A stretch of 32,000 nucleotides of DNA from Candidatus Saccharimonadota bacterium. GTDB lineage: Bacteria; Pseudomonadota; Gammaproteobacteria; Enterobacterales; Enterobacteriaceae. The first letter of the stretch is position 1. Each line of letters starts with the position of its first letter. The notes beneath the pieces were generated by a model. That model searched no databases. It was not told the origin of the DNA and was given only the letters and a program-made list of their open reading frames with translations. The position numbers were made by a program, and so were the translations under genes. The stretch is taken from NCBI GenBank assembly GCA_041942055.1, contig CP145874.1:300001-332000 (forward strand), read 5' to 3'. Shown here in pieces: positions 1-10,205 of the stretch.

Positions 1-77
1 GCTACAGAAGCTGCAGCTATTCCTTTTCCAAGAGAAGAAATTACTCCTCCAGTAATAAAAATATAATTTGTCGCCAT
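1..77 (-). CDS. pyrG: CTP synthase, N-terminal fragment (gene continues past the window start)
   Basis: The reverse complement of 1..77 reads ATG GCG ACA AAT TAT ... = [25 protein letters not shown]. This closely matches the E. coli PyrG N-terminus ([24 protein letters not shown]). It is missing from the ORF track because it runs off the edge. Confidence 0.85.
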   Translation of the reverse strand, partial: [25 protein letters not shown]

Positions 78-187
78 AATCAATTAAAATGGAGTAATAG
101 TATACTGATATCATCATACAATGATAGATATTATCACAGGAATAACTACTTCAATCAACGATAATTATTTTAAAAATTATAAATATC

Positions 188-1132
188 ATGAAAAATTCAT
201 TATATCTCCAACATATTATTTCTATGCAAGATTTTGATACTGAAAAAATTCAGTTAGTGCTTGAAATTACAGCTTATTTTAAATTACATAATAATCCATC
301 TGATCTATTACGAAATAAAAGTATTGCGGTTTGTTTTTTTGAAACTTCTACACGAACGCGTTTATCTTTTGAAAGTGCTATGCATCGCCTTGGAGGATCT
401 GTAATAGGATTTTCAGATAGTAGTAATACTTCATTTTATGGAAAAGAAGAAAGTCTTGCTGATACTATTAAAGTTATTAGTTCATATGTTAATGCTATTA
501 TTATACGTCATCCTGAAGAGGGCGCGGCATTATTGGCAAGTAATGTTTCAGGTGCTGTGCCTATTATAAATGCTGGTGATGGCTCTAATCAACATCCTAC
601 ACAAACGTTATTAGATCTATTTACTATTTTTGAAACGCAAAAAAGATTATGCAATCTTAATATTGGAATGGTTGGTGATCTGAAATATGGACGTACTATA
701 CATTCTTTAGCACAAGCTCTATCACAATATAAGGGAAATAGATTTTTTCTGTTATCTACACCTTCATTAAAAATGCCTCAGCATATTATTAATTGGTTCA
801 ATGAAAAACGAATCCAATGGAGTTACCATACTAATCTCAAAGAAGTACTTGATAAATTAGATATTCTTTATATGACTAGAATACAAAAAGAAAGATTGAA
901 TCCATTAGAATCTACGTTGTTTTACAACCAGGTACCGTATACTTTATGTGCTAAGGATCTTATTAAGGTACGTAGTAATCTAAAAATTCTACATCCTTTA
1001 CCCCGTTTAACAGAAATATGTATTGACGTAGATAAAACTGACTATGCTTGGTATTTTCAGCAAGCATCTAATGGATTATATACTCGTCAAGCAATATTAG
1101 CGCTAGTTTTAAATAAGGATTTATATTTATAA
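188..1132 (+). CDS. pyrB: aspartate carbamoyltransferase catalytic chain
   Basis: The 314-aa ORF aligns end to end with E. coli PyrB. Shared motifs include FFE(A/T)[39 protein letters not shown](V/I)HSL, LHPLPR and a C-terminal RQA(L/I)LALVLN(R/K)DL. Confidence 0.95.
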   Translation: MKNSLYLQHIISMQDFDTEKIQLVLEITAYFKLHNNPSDLLRNKSIAVCFFETSTRTRLSFESAMHRLGGSVIGFSDSSNTSFYGKEESLADTIKVISSYVNAIIIRHPEEGAALLASNVSGAVPIINAGDGSNQHPTQTLLDLFTIFETQKRLCNLNIGMVGDLKYGRTIHSLAQALSQYKGNRFFLLSTPSLKMPQHIINWFNEKRIQWSYHTNLKEVLDKLDILYMTRIQKERLNPLESTLFYNQVPYTLCAKDLIKVRSNLKILHPLPRLTEICIDVDKTDYAWYFQQASNGLYTRQAILALVLNKDLYL

Positions 1133-1142
1133 CTCCTCAATA

Positions 1143-1985
1143 TTAATTTTTTCTTTGTCCCCGAGTAACTCTTTCATTTTTGCTATAGTCAAGATAAGTT
1201 AAAATATTTTTAAATTGATTCTTTACCATAAGGTTACGTACATCTTTACCCTGTAACCAACTATGTTCTACTAGTAACCATCCAAATGGTTTTAGATATC
1301 TAGTAGCATGAGAAATAATTATTTTTAGATCAAATAAACCATGTTCTTTTGATATTAAAGCAGTTGGAGGTTCAAAACGTAAATCCCCCTGTTGTAAATG
1401 TTCATCAAAAGTATCAATGTAGGGGGGATTACTAACAATAACATGAAATTTTTGATCATTAATTTCCGTAAACCAATTGCTATAAATGAAAGATACGTTC
1501 TCTATATTTAATTTTTTGGCATTTAGTTGTGCTAATAATAAAGCATCTTGATTATTATCAATTCCTAATATAAAACTATACGGGCGTTCAACAGCTATAG
1601 CTAATGCAATAGCTCCTGTACCGGTTCCTAAATCTAAAACTGATACAGCGGTATTATTTGTTATATGTAAGAGTGTTTGTGACACTAAGATCTCAGTATC
1701 AGCACGAGGAATTAAAACCCTTGGAGATACACTAAGAGGCAAAGACCAAAATTCTTGTGTTTCTGTAATATATGCAATAGGTTCTCCCTTCATTCTTCTC
1801 TTCAGAACTGATTGTAATTTTTTTAACTCAGTTGGATTTAATATATATACATCATCAAAAGTTCTTAACCACGTGAAAGATTTGCCTGTAATAAATTCTA
1901 GCAAAATTTCTGCGTCACGTTTTGGAGTATCACTCTGATAATTAAGCATTGATTCAGCAAAATGAAACCAATTTTTAATTTTCAT
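1143..1985 (-). CDS. prmC: release-factor glutamine N5-methyltransferase
   Basis: The 280-aa ORF carries LDLGTGTGAIALA (SAM-binding) and the NPPY motif (VSNPPYI). It lies directly downstream of prfA, as in E. coli. Confidence 0.92.
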   Translation of the reverse strand: MKIKNWFHFAESMLNYQSDTPKRDAEILLEFITGKSFTWLRTFDDVYILNPTELKKLQSVLKRRMKGEPIAYITETQEFWSLPLSVSPRVLIPRADTEILVSQTLLHITNNTAVSVLDLGTGTGAIALAIAVERPYSFILGIDNNQDALLLAQLNAKKLNIENVSFIYSNWFTEINDQKFHVIVSNPPYIDTFDEHLQQGDLRFEPPTALISKEHGLFDLKIIISHATRYLKPFGWLLVEHSWLQGKDVRNLMVKNQFKNILTYLDYSKNERVTRGQRKN

Positions 1986-1996
1986 AGAAGATTTAT

Positions 1997-3067
1997 TTAA
2001 TTAGGTATAATTTGAATTAATTGATTAGTTTGATGTTGTTGTAATAATGGATCAATAATAATATCTAAATTTCCGGCCATAAAATTTTCTATAGAATAAA
2101 TGGTCAAATTAATCCTATGATCAGTCACACGACTTTGTGGAAAATTATAAGTACGACTTCGATCATAACGATCACCAGTTCCTAATAAATCTCGGCGTTT
2201 TTGAGTTTCTTCCTGATGGAGTTTGGTCATTTCTACTGCATGAATACGTGCTTTGAGTACACCTAAGGCTTTGGCTTTATTTTTATGCTGTGAACGTTCA
2301 TCTTGACATTCTACTACAATACCTGTAGGTAAATGAGTAATACGTATAGCTGAATCAGTAGTATTAACATGCTGTCCACCTGCTCCAGAAGATCTAAAAG
2401 TATCTATTTTTAAATCTTCCATTTTGATTTTAACTAATTCTGTTGGTGGTAGTTCAGGCATAACAGCTACCGTACATGTAGAAGTATGTATACGTCCTTG
2501 GGATTCAGTTTTAGGAACTCGTTGTACTCGATGACCTCCCGATTCCAATTTTAACCGTCCATAAGCTTTTTTACCAGTAACCTTAGTTACAAGCGTTTTA
2601 TAACCACCATATTCTGCTTCACTATAACTTATAATTTGTATATGCCATCCACGTATCATAGCATAATTACTATACATTTTAAATAAGTCACTAACAAAAA
2701 GAGCCGCTTCATTTCCACCCGTTCCAGCACGTATCTCAATATAACAATTATTTTCATCATTAGGATCTTTAGACAACAAAAATTGTAATTTTTTCTCAAT
2801 TATAGCTTTTTTAGCAGACATTTGATTTAATTCATCATGTGCTAAATCTCTTATTTCAGAATCTTCAAGTAATAAAGTAATATCTTGGATATTTTTCTGG
2901 ATATTTTGCCATTGAGTAAAAATTTTTACTATTTCGGATAATTTAATATATTCACGAGATAACTTCTGAAAGTTGGAACAGTCAAGGATTGATTTACTGA
3001 GTAGTAATTCAATTTCTTCATAACGTTTTTTTAATAATTCTAATTTACCAATTAAATCACTTTTCAT
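1997..3067 (-). CDS. prfA: peptide chain release factor 1
   Basis: The 356-aa ORF has the GGQ motif ([14 protein letters not shown]) and an RF1-type PxT tripeptide ([17 protein letters not shown]). Confidence 0.95.
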   Translation of the reverse strand: MKSDLIGKLELLKKRYEEIELLLSKSILDCSNFQKLSREYIKLSEIVKIFTQWQNIQKNIQDITLLLEDSEIRDLAHDELNQMSAKKAIIEKKLQFLLSKDPNDENNCYIEIRAGTGGNEAALFVSDLFKMYSNYAMIRGWHIQIISYSEAEYGGYKTLVTKVTGKKAYGRLKLESGGHRVQRVPKTESQGRIHTSTCTVAVMPELPPTELVKIKMEDLKIDTFRSSGAGGQHVNTTDSAIRITHLPTGIVVECQDERSQHKNKAKALGVLKARIHAVEMTKLHQEETQKRRDLLGTGDRYDRSRTYNFPQSRVTDHRINLTIYSIENFMAGNLDIIIDPLLQQHQTNQLIQIIPN

Positions 3068-3168
3068 ATCATTTAATAACAGTAATAAAAAAATATTTTT
3101 ATATAATAATGAGAATTATAAGATATCTAAATCTATAGAGCAATTTTATATAAAACTTGGAGATTGCA

Positions 3169-4029
3169 ATGATTACTTGGCCATCACCAGCAAAATTAAA
3201 TCTTTTTCTTTATATTAATGGTCAATATTCTAATGGATATCATCATTTACAAACATTAATTGGCTTTTTATCTTATTGGGATACCATAACTATTATCCCA
3301 AATAATAGAGGTAAAATTACCTTATTTTCCTCTATGAAAGACATACCAATGGAAAATAATCTAATTGTTCAGGCGGGTAAATTATTACAGCAACATGCTG
3401 TAGAAAGAAAATTATTATCCAAAAATATAGGTGCAGACATTACATTAATCAAAAGATTACCCATCGGGGGTGGATTAGGAGGAGGATCATCGAATGCTGC
3501 CACTACCTTAATTGCACTAAATTATCTATGGAAGACTCATTTAAGTTTAGATGATTTAACTATTTTAGGTTTACAATTAGGATGTGATGTTCCTGTATTT
3601 GTGAAAGGTTATGCAGCTTTTGCTGAAGAATTAGGACAGAAATTACATCCAGTTAAATTATGCGAAAAATGGTATCTAATTTTGCAACCTGAAATAAAAA
3701 TTTCTACTACCTTAATTTTTCAAGATACAGAATTAAAAAGAAATACTCCTATACGTACATTACAAGAATTATATGCAACACCTTTCTCTAATGACTGTGA
3801 AGTAGTAGTTAGAAAACGTTATCAAGAAATTGAAGAAGTATTTAAGTGTTTATCAAAATACGCACTAACCTCACGTCTTACAGGAACCGGTAGTTGTATA
3901 TTTTGCGAATTTGACAATAAATCAACTGCTTATCATATTCTTAAACAGGTCTCAAAATGGAGACATGCATTTATTGCACAAAGTTTAAATATTTCTCCTT
4001 TACATAGCTTCTATTCAAAAATTAGGTAA
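3169..4029 (+). CDS. ispE: 4-diphosphocytidyl-2-C-methyl-D-erythritol kinase
   Basis: The ORF matches E. coli IspE (WPSPAKLNLFLYI, LPxGGGLGGGSSNAA, RLTGTGSC). I moved the start to the ATG at 3169 (MITWPSPAKL). It sits 6 nt after GGAG (3159-3162) and matches the E. coli N-terminus. The track's 3157 start is a TTG. Confidence 0.9.
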   Translation: MITWPSPAKLNLFLYINGQYSNGYHHLQTLIGFLSYWDTITIIPNNRGKITLFSSMKDIPMENNLIVQAGKLLQQHAVERKLLSKNIGADITLIKRLPIGGGLGGGSSNAATTLIALNYLWKTHLSLDDLTILGLQLGCDVPVFVKGYAAFAEELGQKLHPVKLCEKWYLILQPEIKISTTLIFQDTELKRNTPIRTLQELYATPFSNDCEVVVRKRYQEIEEVFKCLSKYALTSRLTGTGSCIFCEFDNKSTAYHILKQVSKWRHAFIAQSLNISPLHSFYSKIR

Positions 4030-4077
4030 TTAATAATAAAATATTTATAATAATATCAATAATGATTATTGGATTGA

Positions 4078-5025
4078 ATGAATGATATGAAAATTTTTAC
4101 GGGTAATTCTATACCAGAATTAGCACAAGAGATTGCAAGTCGTTTATATGTCAACTTAGGAGATGCTTGTGTAGGACGATTTAGTGATGGTGAGATTAGT
4201 GTGCAAATTAATGAAAATGTACGGGGTGAGGATATATTTCTTATTCAATCAACTTGTGCTCCTACCAATGATAATTTGATGGAGTTAATAGTTATAATAG
4301 ATGCATTGCGACGGGCTTCTGCCGGTAGAATTACTGCTGTAATTCCTTACTTTGGTTATGCACGACAAGATCGACGAATACGTTCAGCAAGAGTGCCTAT
4401 TACAGCAAAAGTGGTAGCTGATTGTTTATTCAGTGTTGGTGTAGATAGAATCTTAACTGTAGATTTACATGCTGATCAAATTCAAGGATTTTTTGATATT
4501 CCTGTAGATAATGTTTTCGCTAGTCTTATTCTTCTTGAAGATATGTTGAAAATTGGATTAGAAAATCCCATAGTAGTATCTCCAGATATTGGTGGAGTTG
4601 TACGTGCTAGGGCCATTGCAAAATTATTAAATGATACTGACATGGCTATAATTGATAAGCGACGTCCTCGTGCTAATTCTGCAGAGATTATGCATATAAT
4701 AGGTGATGTGACAGGTCATGATTGTGTTATCGTAGATGATATTATCGATACTGCTGGTACCTTATGCCAAGCGGCAGGAGCTCTTAAAGAACATGGTGCC
4801 CAGCGCATATTTGCTTATGCTACCCATCCAATTTTTTCTGGCAATGCAGTTAAAAATTTAATAAATTCTAATATTAATGAAATAGTAGTATGCGATACAA
4901 TACCACTAACTACTGAGATCAAAACCATCTGTAATATACGTACATTAAGTTTAGCCGGCATGTTATCAGAATGTATACGTAGAATTAGTAATGAAGAATC
5001 TATTTCAGCAATATTTGAAGATTAA
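4078..5025 (+). CDS. prs: ribose-phosphate pyrophosphokinase
   Basis: The 315-aa ORF is nearly identical to E. coli Prs over long stretches (GRFSDGE(I/V)[43 protein letters not shown]). The in-frame ATG at 4087 (MKIF...) is an alternative start. Confidence 0.95.
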   Translation: MNDMKIFTGNSIPELAQEIASRLYVNLGDACVGRFSDGEISVQINENVRGEDIFLIQSTCAPTNDNLMELIVIIDALRRASAGRITAVIPYFGYARQDRRIRSARVPITAKVVADCLFSVGVDRILTVDLHADQIQGFFDIPVDNVFASLILLEDMLKIGLENPIVVSPDIGGVVRARAIAKLLNDTDMAIIDKRRPRANSAEIMHIIGDVTGHDCVIVDDIIDTAGTLCQAAGALKEHGAQRIFAYATHPIFSGNAVKNLINSNINEIVVCDTIPLTTEIKTICNIRTLSLAGMLSECIRRISNEESISAIFED

Positions 5026-5040
5026 TTTTGAGATATTAAT

Positions 5041-5640
5041 GTGAAGGTAATAAAACTAATAGTTGGATTAGCTAATCCGGGATCAAAATATATTAGTACT
5101 CGTCATAATGTTGGATCTTGGTACGTTAGAAGATTAGCAAAAAATTATAATAGTAGTTTAAAAAAAGAACTTAGTATTTATGGATATACTACACGTTTGT
5201 TTATTGCCGATCATCTGATACAGCTTTTTATTCCTGATACCTATATGAATATTTGTGGAAAATCAATAGCAGCAATAGCTAATTTATATCAAATTTTACC
5301 AGAACAAATACTTATTGCACATGATGAATTGAATTTAATCCCAGGAAGAGTAAAATTTAAAATGGGAGGAGGCCATAATGGTCATAATGGACTAAAAAAT
5401 ATTATTAGTTCATTTAGTGGAATTAATATTAATGTTAATTTTACTCGATTACGTATTGGTATTGGTCGTCCTTTAAATTATCAAGACGTGACAAAATTTG
5501 TTTTGGATGAACCATCAAAAGCAGAAAAAAAACTTATTACCGATGCTATTGATGAAGCTATATATTGTACCGAGATTTGGTTAACAAATGGAATAATGAA
5601 AGCTATGAATAGATTACACTCCTATAAAACCTCTAAGTAA
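5041..5640 (+). CDS. pth: peptidyl-tRNA hydrolase
   Basis: The 199-aa ORF starts at a GTG and has an IKLIVGLANPG N-terminus like E. coli Pth. It also carries HDELNL..G..KFK.GGGHNGHNGLK and RLRIGIGRP. Confidence 0.93.
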   Translation: MKVIKLIVGLANPGSKYISTRHNVGSWYVRRLAKNYNSSLKKELSIYGYTTRLFIADHLIQLFIPDTYMNICGKSIAAIANLYQILPEQILIAHDELNLIPGRVKFKMGGGHNGHNGLKNIISSFSGININVNFTRLRIGIGRPLNYQDVTKFVLDEPSKAEKKLITDAIDEAIYCTEIWLTNGIMKAMNRLHSYKTSK

Positions 5641-5659
5641 AAGAAGGCTATAAAAAATA

Positions 5660-6739
5660 ATGGGATTAAAATGTGGTATCATTGGATTACCAAATGTAGG
5701 TAAATCTACAATTTTTAATGCTCTTACTAAAGCTAGGGTTGAAGTGGCAAATTTTCCATTTTGTACTATTAAACCCCATATAGGTGTAGTACCAGTACCA
5801 GATAAACGTTTAAAAATCCTTTCTGAAATTGTTAAACCACAACGTATTATTCCTACAACAATTACTTTTATTGATATTGCGGGTCTTATTAAAGGAGCAT
5901 CCAAAGGCGAAGGATTAGGAAACCAATTTCTTGCAAAAATTCGTGATACAGACGCTTTAGTTCATGTAATTCGATGTTTTCAAGATGAAAAAATAGTTCA
6001 TTGTTCTGGAGAAGTGAATCCTATCGAGGATATTAATTTAATTAATACCGAGCTTGCTCTCGCAGATTTAGAAGTTTGCGAAAAAGCTCTATTACGCGAT
6101 AAAACACGGTTAAGATTAGATAAAAAATTACAATTAAAAACTTTAGAACGTTGTAGAATGCATTTAGAAAAAGAAGGTACATTAAAAGCATTAAATTTGT
6201 CTTATGAAGAAAAAAAATCTATCCACAATCTAAATTTTTTAACATTGAAACCAATCTTATATATTGCTAACGTGAATGAAAATTATCAAAATAAAATTTA
6301 TGTACAACAGGTGAAAAATATTGCGAAAAAAGAAGGAACTGGTGTAATAACTCTTTGTGCTCTAATTGAATCCGACTTAGCTCAATTTAAAGATAATGAA
6401 TCTAATGATTTTATCATTGACTTAGGATTAAAAGAGTGCGCACTAAATTATCTCATTCGTGAGAGTTATAAATTACTGAAATTAAACACTTTTTTTACAG
6501 TTGGTACAAAAGAAGTTCGTGCCTGGACGATTTTGAACGGTACAACGGCTTATCAAGCTGCTTCAAAAATTCACTCGGATATCCAAAAAGGTTTTATTCG
6601 CGCTCAAATAATTAGCTATGGAGATTATATAAAAAATCAAGGAGCACAAGCTGCGAAAGAAGCTGGTAAAGTACATATAGAAGGAAAAGATTACTTAGTA
6701 AAAGATGGAGATATCATTAATTTTTTATTTAAGATTTAA
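5660..6739 (+). CDS. ychF: ribosome-binding ATPase YchF (Obg-family)
   Basis: The 359-aa ORF begins [17 protein letters not shown](I/L)FNALT and ends KDGD..NFLF, collinear with E. coli YchF. It follows pth as in E. coli. Confidence 0.95.
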   Translation: MGLKCGIIGLPNVGKSTIFNALTKARVEVANFPFCTIKPHIGVVPVPDKRLKILSEIVKPQRIIPTTITFIDIAGLIKGASKGEGLGNQFLAKIRDTDALVHVIRCFQDEKIVHCSGEVNPIEDINLINTELALADLEVCEKALLRDKTRLRLDKKLQLKTLERCRMHLEKEGTLKALNLSYEEKKSIHNLNFLTLKPILYIANVNENYQNKIYVQQVKNIAKKEGTGVITLCALIESDLAQFKDNESNDFIIDLGLKECALNYLIRESYKLLKLNTFFTVGTKEVRAWTILNGTTAYQAASKIHSDIQKGFIRAQIISYGDYIKNQGAQAAKEAGKVHIEGKDYLVKDGDIINFLFKI

Positions 6740-6824
6740 TGATATAAAAATTGAATGAACACCTATCTTTTAGATAATTTCTCTTTATATAATTCAATAC
6801 CAACTTCTAGATTGTTCAAATATA

Positions 6825-7073
6825 TTAACTTCTAAGTTTTCGATATATCCATAAAGTAATAATAGCACCTATTATTGCTACTAATAAACTTCCAAAATTA
6901 AAACCATCTATCTTTCCAAAACCTAATAAGATACTAATCCAACCTCCTAATACTGCACCTGTCATGCCTAGAATGGTAGTAACTATAATACCTCCCTTAT
7001 CTTTACCGGGCATCAACCATTTAGTTAGCATACCAACAATTAATCCAAAGAAGATCCAAGATAAAATTCCCAT
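6825..7073 (-). CDS. yeaQ: small inner-membrane protein, GlsB/YeaQ/YmgE (transglycosylase-associated) family
   Basis: The 82-aa ORF is very close to my recollection of E. coli YeaQ (MGILSWIIFGLI.G.L.KW.MPGKD.GG ... GFGK.DGFNFGS ... IYRK). A strong SD, AGGAG (complement of 7080-7084), lies 6 nt upstream of the start. Confidence 0.8.
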   Translation of the reverse strand: MGILSWIFFGLIVGMLTKWLMPGKDKGGIIVTTILGMTGAVLGGWISILLGFGKIDGFNFGSLLVAIIGAIITLWIYRKLRS

Positions 7074-7286
7074 GATTATCTCCTATTTACCTTAGTGATG
7101 ATTTTATTTAGATGAAAATATAATTTGTATGGTTTTCACCTATCTATTAAGCTATTAATAAAATAGCATGATGTAAATATCTATGGCAATAATAAATCTG
7201 GTTATTTTATGACATAGAAGTTAAAATAATCTAATAATTCTATCATGCTTTTAATATTAAAAAGGTATTTTATTCATGAGTATACT

Positions 7287-8393
7287 ATGTCTTTAAAAAA
7301 AAAAGTTGTAATAGGAATGTCTGGCGGTGTTGATTCAAGTGTGGCAGCATTACTATTAAAAAAAAAGCAGTATCAGGTTGAAGGATTATTTATGAAAAAT
7401 TGGGAGGAAGATGATAATGAATCTTATTGTCAATCTTCACAAGATTTAGCCGATGCTCAGGCAGTATGTGATAAGTTAGATATAAAATTACATAAAATTA
7501 ATTTTTCAGCCGAGTACTGGGATAATGTTTTTCAGTATTTTTTAGAAGAATACCAGATAGGACGTACGCCAAATCCCGACATTTTATGTAATAAAAAGAT
7601 AAAATTCCATCTGTTTAGGGATTTTTCTTTGGAAGATCTTAAGGCTGATTTTATTGCTACAGGCCATTATGTACGTAAGTTAAATATTAATGATCAGAAT
7701 AGATTATTACGTGCAATAGATAAAAATAAAGATCAAAGTTATTTCCTATACTCTTTAAGTCACAAACAGTTAAAAAATAGTATTTTTCCTTTAGGTGACC
7801 TTACTAAACAAGAAGTTCGACGTATAGCTAACCAATATAATTTAATTACATCTAATAAAAAAGATTCGACAGGAATTTGTTTTATTGGCAAAAGAAAATT
7901 TAGAGATTTTATTGTTCGTTATTTACCTAATCAACCCGGAAATATTATGAGTACTAATGGTAAGATTATTGGCAGACATCAAGGACTTATGTATCATACC
8001 ATAGGACAACGTAAAGGCTTAGGAATTGGTGGAATGAAAAATGGAACTAATGCTCCATGGTATGTAGTAGGTAAAGATATCATAACAAATACCTTGATTG
8101 TAGCACAAGGACGAGATAATCCATATTTGATGTCAAAAAAAATGATTGTAGATCAACTTCATTGGTATGATTTAAAATCATTAACTAAAGAAATCTTTTG
8201 TACAGTAAAAACTCGTTATCGTCAAACAGATATTCCATGTATTATTACTCCTCAAAAGGATCTAACTAGAATTACTGTAAAATTTATGATCCCTGTAAGT
8301 GCTATTACCCCGGGTCAGTCAGCAGTTTTTTATCAAGGAGATATTTGTTTAGGAGGTGGAATTATTGAAAAAAGTTTTGCATTAGTTTTTTAA
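7287..8393 (+). CDS. mnmA: tRNA-specific 2-thiouridylase
   Basis: The ORF matches E. coli MnmA ([12 protein letters not shown]-loop, [51 protein letters not shown]). I placed the start at the ATG at 7287 ([14 protein letters not shown]) by homology. The track start at 7245 would add 14 non-homologous residues. Confidence 0.93.
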   Translation: MSLKKKVVIGMSGGVDSSVAALLLKKKQYQVEGLFMKNWEEDDNESYCQSSQDLADAQAVCDKLDIKLHKINFSAEYWDNVFQYFLEEYQIGRTPNPDILCNKKIKFHLFRDFSLEDLKADFIATGHYVRKLNINDQNRLLRAIDKNKDQSYFLYSLSHKQLKNSIFPLGDLTKQEVRRIANQYNLITSNKKDSTGICFIGKRKFRDFIVRYLPNQPGNIMSTNGKIIGRHQGLMYHTIGQRKGLGIGGMKNGTNAPWYVVGKDIITNTLIVAQGRDNPYLMSKKMIVDQLHWYDLKSLTKEIFCTVKTRYRQTDIPCIITPQKDLTRITVKFMIPVSAITPGQSAVFYQGDICLGGGIIEKSFALVF

Positions 8394-8419
8394 TAAATTT
8401 AAATTAGGAGTATTTATTA

Positions 8420-9832
8420 ATGGAACTATCGTTTTTAACTGCTATTTCACCTATTGATGGTCGTTATGCTAATCTTGTTAGTTCTTTACGAAATATTTTT
8501 ACAGAATATAATCTGTTAAAATTGCGGGTTGAAATTGAAATACGTTGGTTACAAAATTTAGCTAATTGTTCTGATATCAAAGAAATTGCTCCGTTTAATG
8601 ATGAAGAAAATAATTATTTGGAGTATATTATAAGTTCTTTTTCAGAAGATGATGCCAAACAGATTAAAAATATTGAGACTATTACTCATCATGACGTAAA
8701 GTCAATAGAATATTTTATCAAACAAAAAATTCTTCAATCTTCAAATAACAAATTAAATTCAGTAACTGAATTTATTCATTTTGCTTGTACTTCTGAAGAT
8801 ATTAACAATTTATGTTATGCTATAATGATAAAATCGGCTATTACTGATGTAATATTACCTCAATGGAATAAGATTATTACAATTATAACTACTTGGGCTC
8901 ATAAATATCGTGCCACACCTATGTTATCCCATACTCATGGACAACCAGCAACTACTACTACTGTTGGTAAAGAAATGGCTAACATTGCTAGTCGAATGAT
9001 ACGTCAATTTCAACAATTGAAAAATATCGAAATTTTGGCAAAAATTAATGGTGCTGTAGGAAATTACAATGCACATTATGTAGCTTATCCTACAGTAGAT
9101 TGGCAACAAATTAGTAAAAAATTTGTAACTTCTTTTGGAATTTCGTGGAATCCATATACTACACAAATTGAACCTCATGATTATATTGCTGAAATTGTGA
9201 ATTGTATTAGTCGTTTTAATACAATTTTAATTAATTTTAATAGAGATATATGGGGTTATTTGGCATTAAATTACTTTAAACAAAAAATAGTAAAAGGTGA
9301 GGTTGGTTCTTCTACCATGCCACATAAAATCAATCCTATTTATTTTGAAAATGCGGAATCGAATTTAGGATTATCTAATGCCATTTTAACATATATAGCT
9401 AATCAATTACCTATCTCACGTTGGCAGCGTGATTTAACCGATTCTACTCTTTTACGTAATTTAGGAGTTAGTTTGAGTTATGCTTTGATCGCTTGGAAAA
9501 AAACCTTACAGGGAATAAACCAATTAGAATTAAATTCGAATCAATTATTAATTGAATTAGATCAAAATTGGGAAATTCTCACCGAGTCTATTCAAACTGT
9601 CATGCGTAAATATAGAATTCCAAACTCATATGAAACAGTTAAAGAATTTACCCAAGGAAAAAGTCTTAATAAAACTGCTATACGTTATTTTATAAATGCG
9701 CTTCCCTTACCTGAGATAGAAAAATCTCGATTAAAAAATCTAACACCATTTAATTATTTAGGATTAGCTATCGAATTAGTCGACCATTTTCTTACTAGTA
9801 GTACTAACAGTAAATTTTATAAATCTGATTAA
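8420..9832 (+). CDS. purB: adenylosuccinate lyase
   Basis: The 470-aa ORF begins LTA(I/L)SPIDGRY and carries the fumarate-lyase signature GSSTMPHK(I/V)NP. It lies downstream of mnmA as in E. coli, but without hflD. Confidence 0.93.
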   Translation: MELSFLTAISPIDGRYANLVSSLRNIFTEYNLLKLRVEIEIRWLQNLANCSDIKEIAPFNDEENNYLEYIISSFSEDDAKQIKNIETITHHDVKSIEYFIKQKILQSSNNKLNSVTEFIHFACTSEDINNLCYAIMIKSAITDVILPQWNKIITIITTWAHKYRATPMLSHTHGQPATTTTVGKEMANIASRMIRQFQQLKNIEILAKINGAVGNYNAHYVAYPTVDWQQISKKFVTSFGISWNPYTTQIEPHDYIAEIVNCISRFNTILINFNRDIWGYLALNYFKQKIVKGEVGSSTMPHKINPIYFENAESNLGLSNAILTYIANQLPISRWQRDLTDSTLLRNLGVSLSYALIAWKKTLQGINQLELNSNQLLIELDQNWEILTESIQTVMRKYRIPNSYETVKEFTQGKSLNKTAIRYFINALPLPEIEKSRLKNLTPFNYLGLAIELVDHFLTSSTNSKFYKSD

Positions 9833-9836
9833 TGAA

Positions 9837-10205
9837 TCATTCAAGATTATAAATAATAGGTCCTAACATGCAACCTCCTAATAAATGTAAATGAATATGA
9901 GATATTTCTTGACCTCCATGTTCATTACAGTTCATTATTAAACGATATCCTTTATCAGCAATTTTTTGATTTTTAGCAATTTTAGCAGCAACAGTTATTA
10001 ATCTTCCGATAAGAGGTTCATCTTGAATTTGAATATCGTTCAGCGTAGGAATACAAATATTAGGAACTATAATAATATGAACAGGTGCCTTTGGATGAAT
10101 ATCTTTAAAAGCTGTAATAAATTTATCTTGATAAATTATATCAGCCGGAATTGTATGATTAATAATTTGACTAAAAATTGTTTGGTCGGATCTATTATTA
10201 TTCAT
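9837..10205 (-). CDS. hinT: HIT-family purine nucleoside phosphoramidase
   Basis: The 122-aa ORF has the histidine triad HIHLHLLGG and FSKII-like, YQD..(V/I)TAF.DI.P.AP.HI motifs, collinear with E. coli HinT. Confidence 0.9.
   Translation of the reverse strand: MNNNRSDQTIFSQIINHTIPADIIYQDKFITAFKDIHPKAPVHIIIVPNICIPTLNDIQIQDEPLIGRLITVAAKIAKNQKIADKGYRLIMNCNEHGGQEISHIHLHLLGGCMLGPIIYNLE

Noticed and set aside
90-98. ATG GAG TAA in the pyrG-pyrB spacer, considered as a vestigial pyrL leader.
   Set aside because: It has only two codons, with no attenuator hairpin or T-tract nearby, so there is no basis for calling it a leader peptide.
3157-3168. The TTG start for ispE given by the ORF track (MEIAMITW...).
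   Set aside because: The downstream ATG at 3169 has a correctly spaced GGAG and reproduces the E. coli N-terminus. The TTG codon itself overlaps that SD.
5614-5904. A 96-aa minus-strand ORF overlapping the pth 3' end and the ychF 5' end.
   Set aside because: It lies antisense to the highly conserved YchF G1 region. Its sequence is low-complexity with no recognisable motif. Such ORFs are a typical shadow of a conserved gene.
6740-6824. A short TATCT-TTT-AGATA hairpin between convergent ychF and yeaQ, considered as a bidirectional terminator.
   Set aside because: The stem is 5 bp and made almost entirely of A:T pairs. It would be thermodynamically negligible.
7245-7286. The upstream ATG start for mnmA (a 14-aa extension, [14 protein letters not shown]).
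   Set aside because: The extension has no counterpart in E. coli MnmA. The ATG at 7287 aligns with the homologous N-terminus just before the PP-loop.
8924-9178. An 84-aa minus-strand ORF inside purB.
   Set aside because: It is entirely antisense to well-conserved purB coding sequence and has no homology signal or SD.
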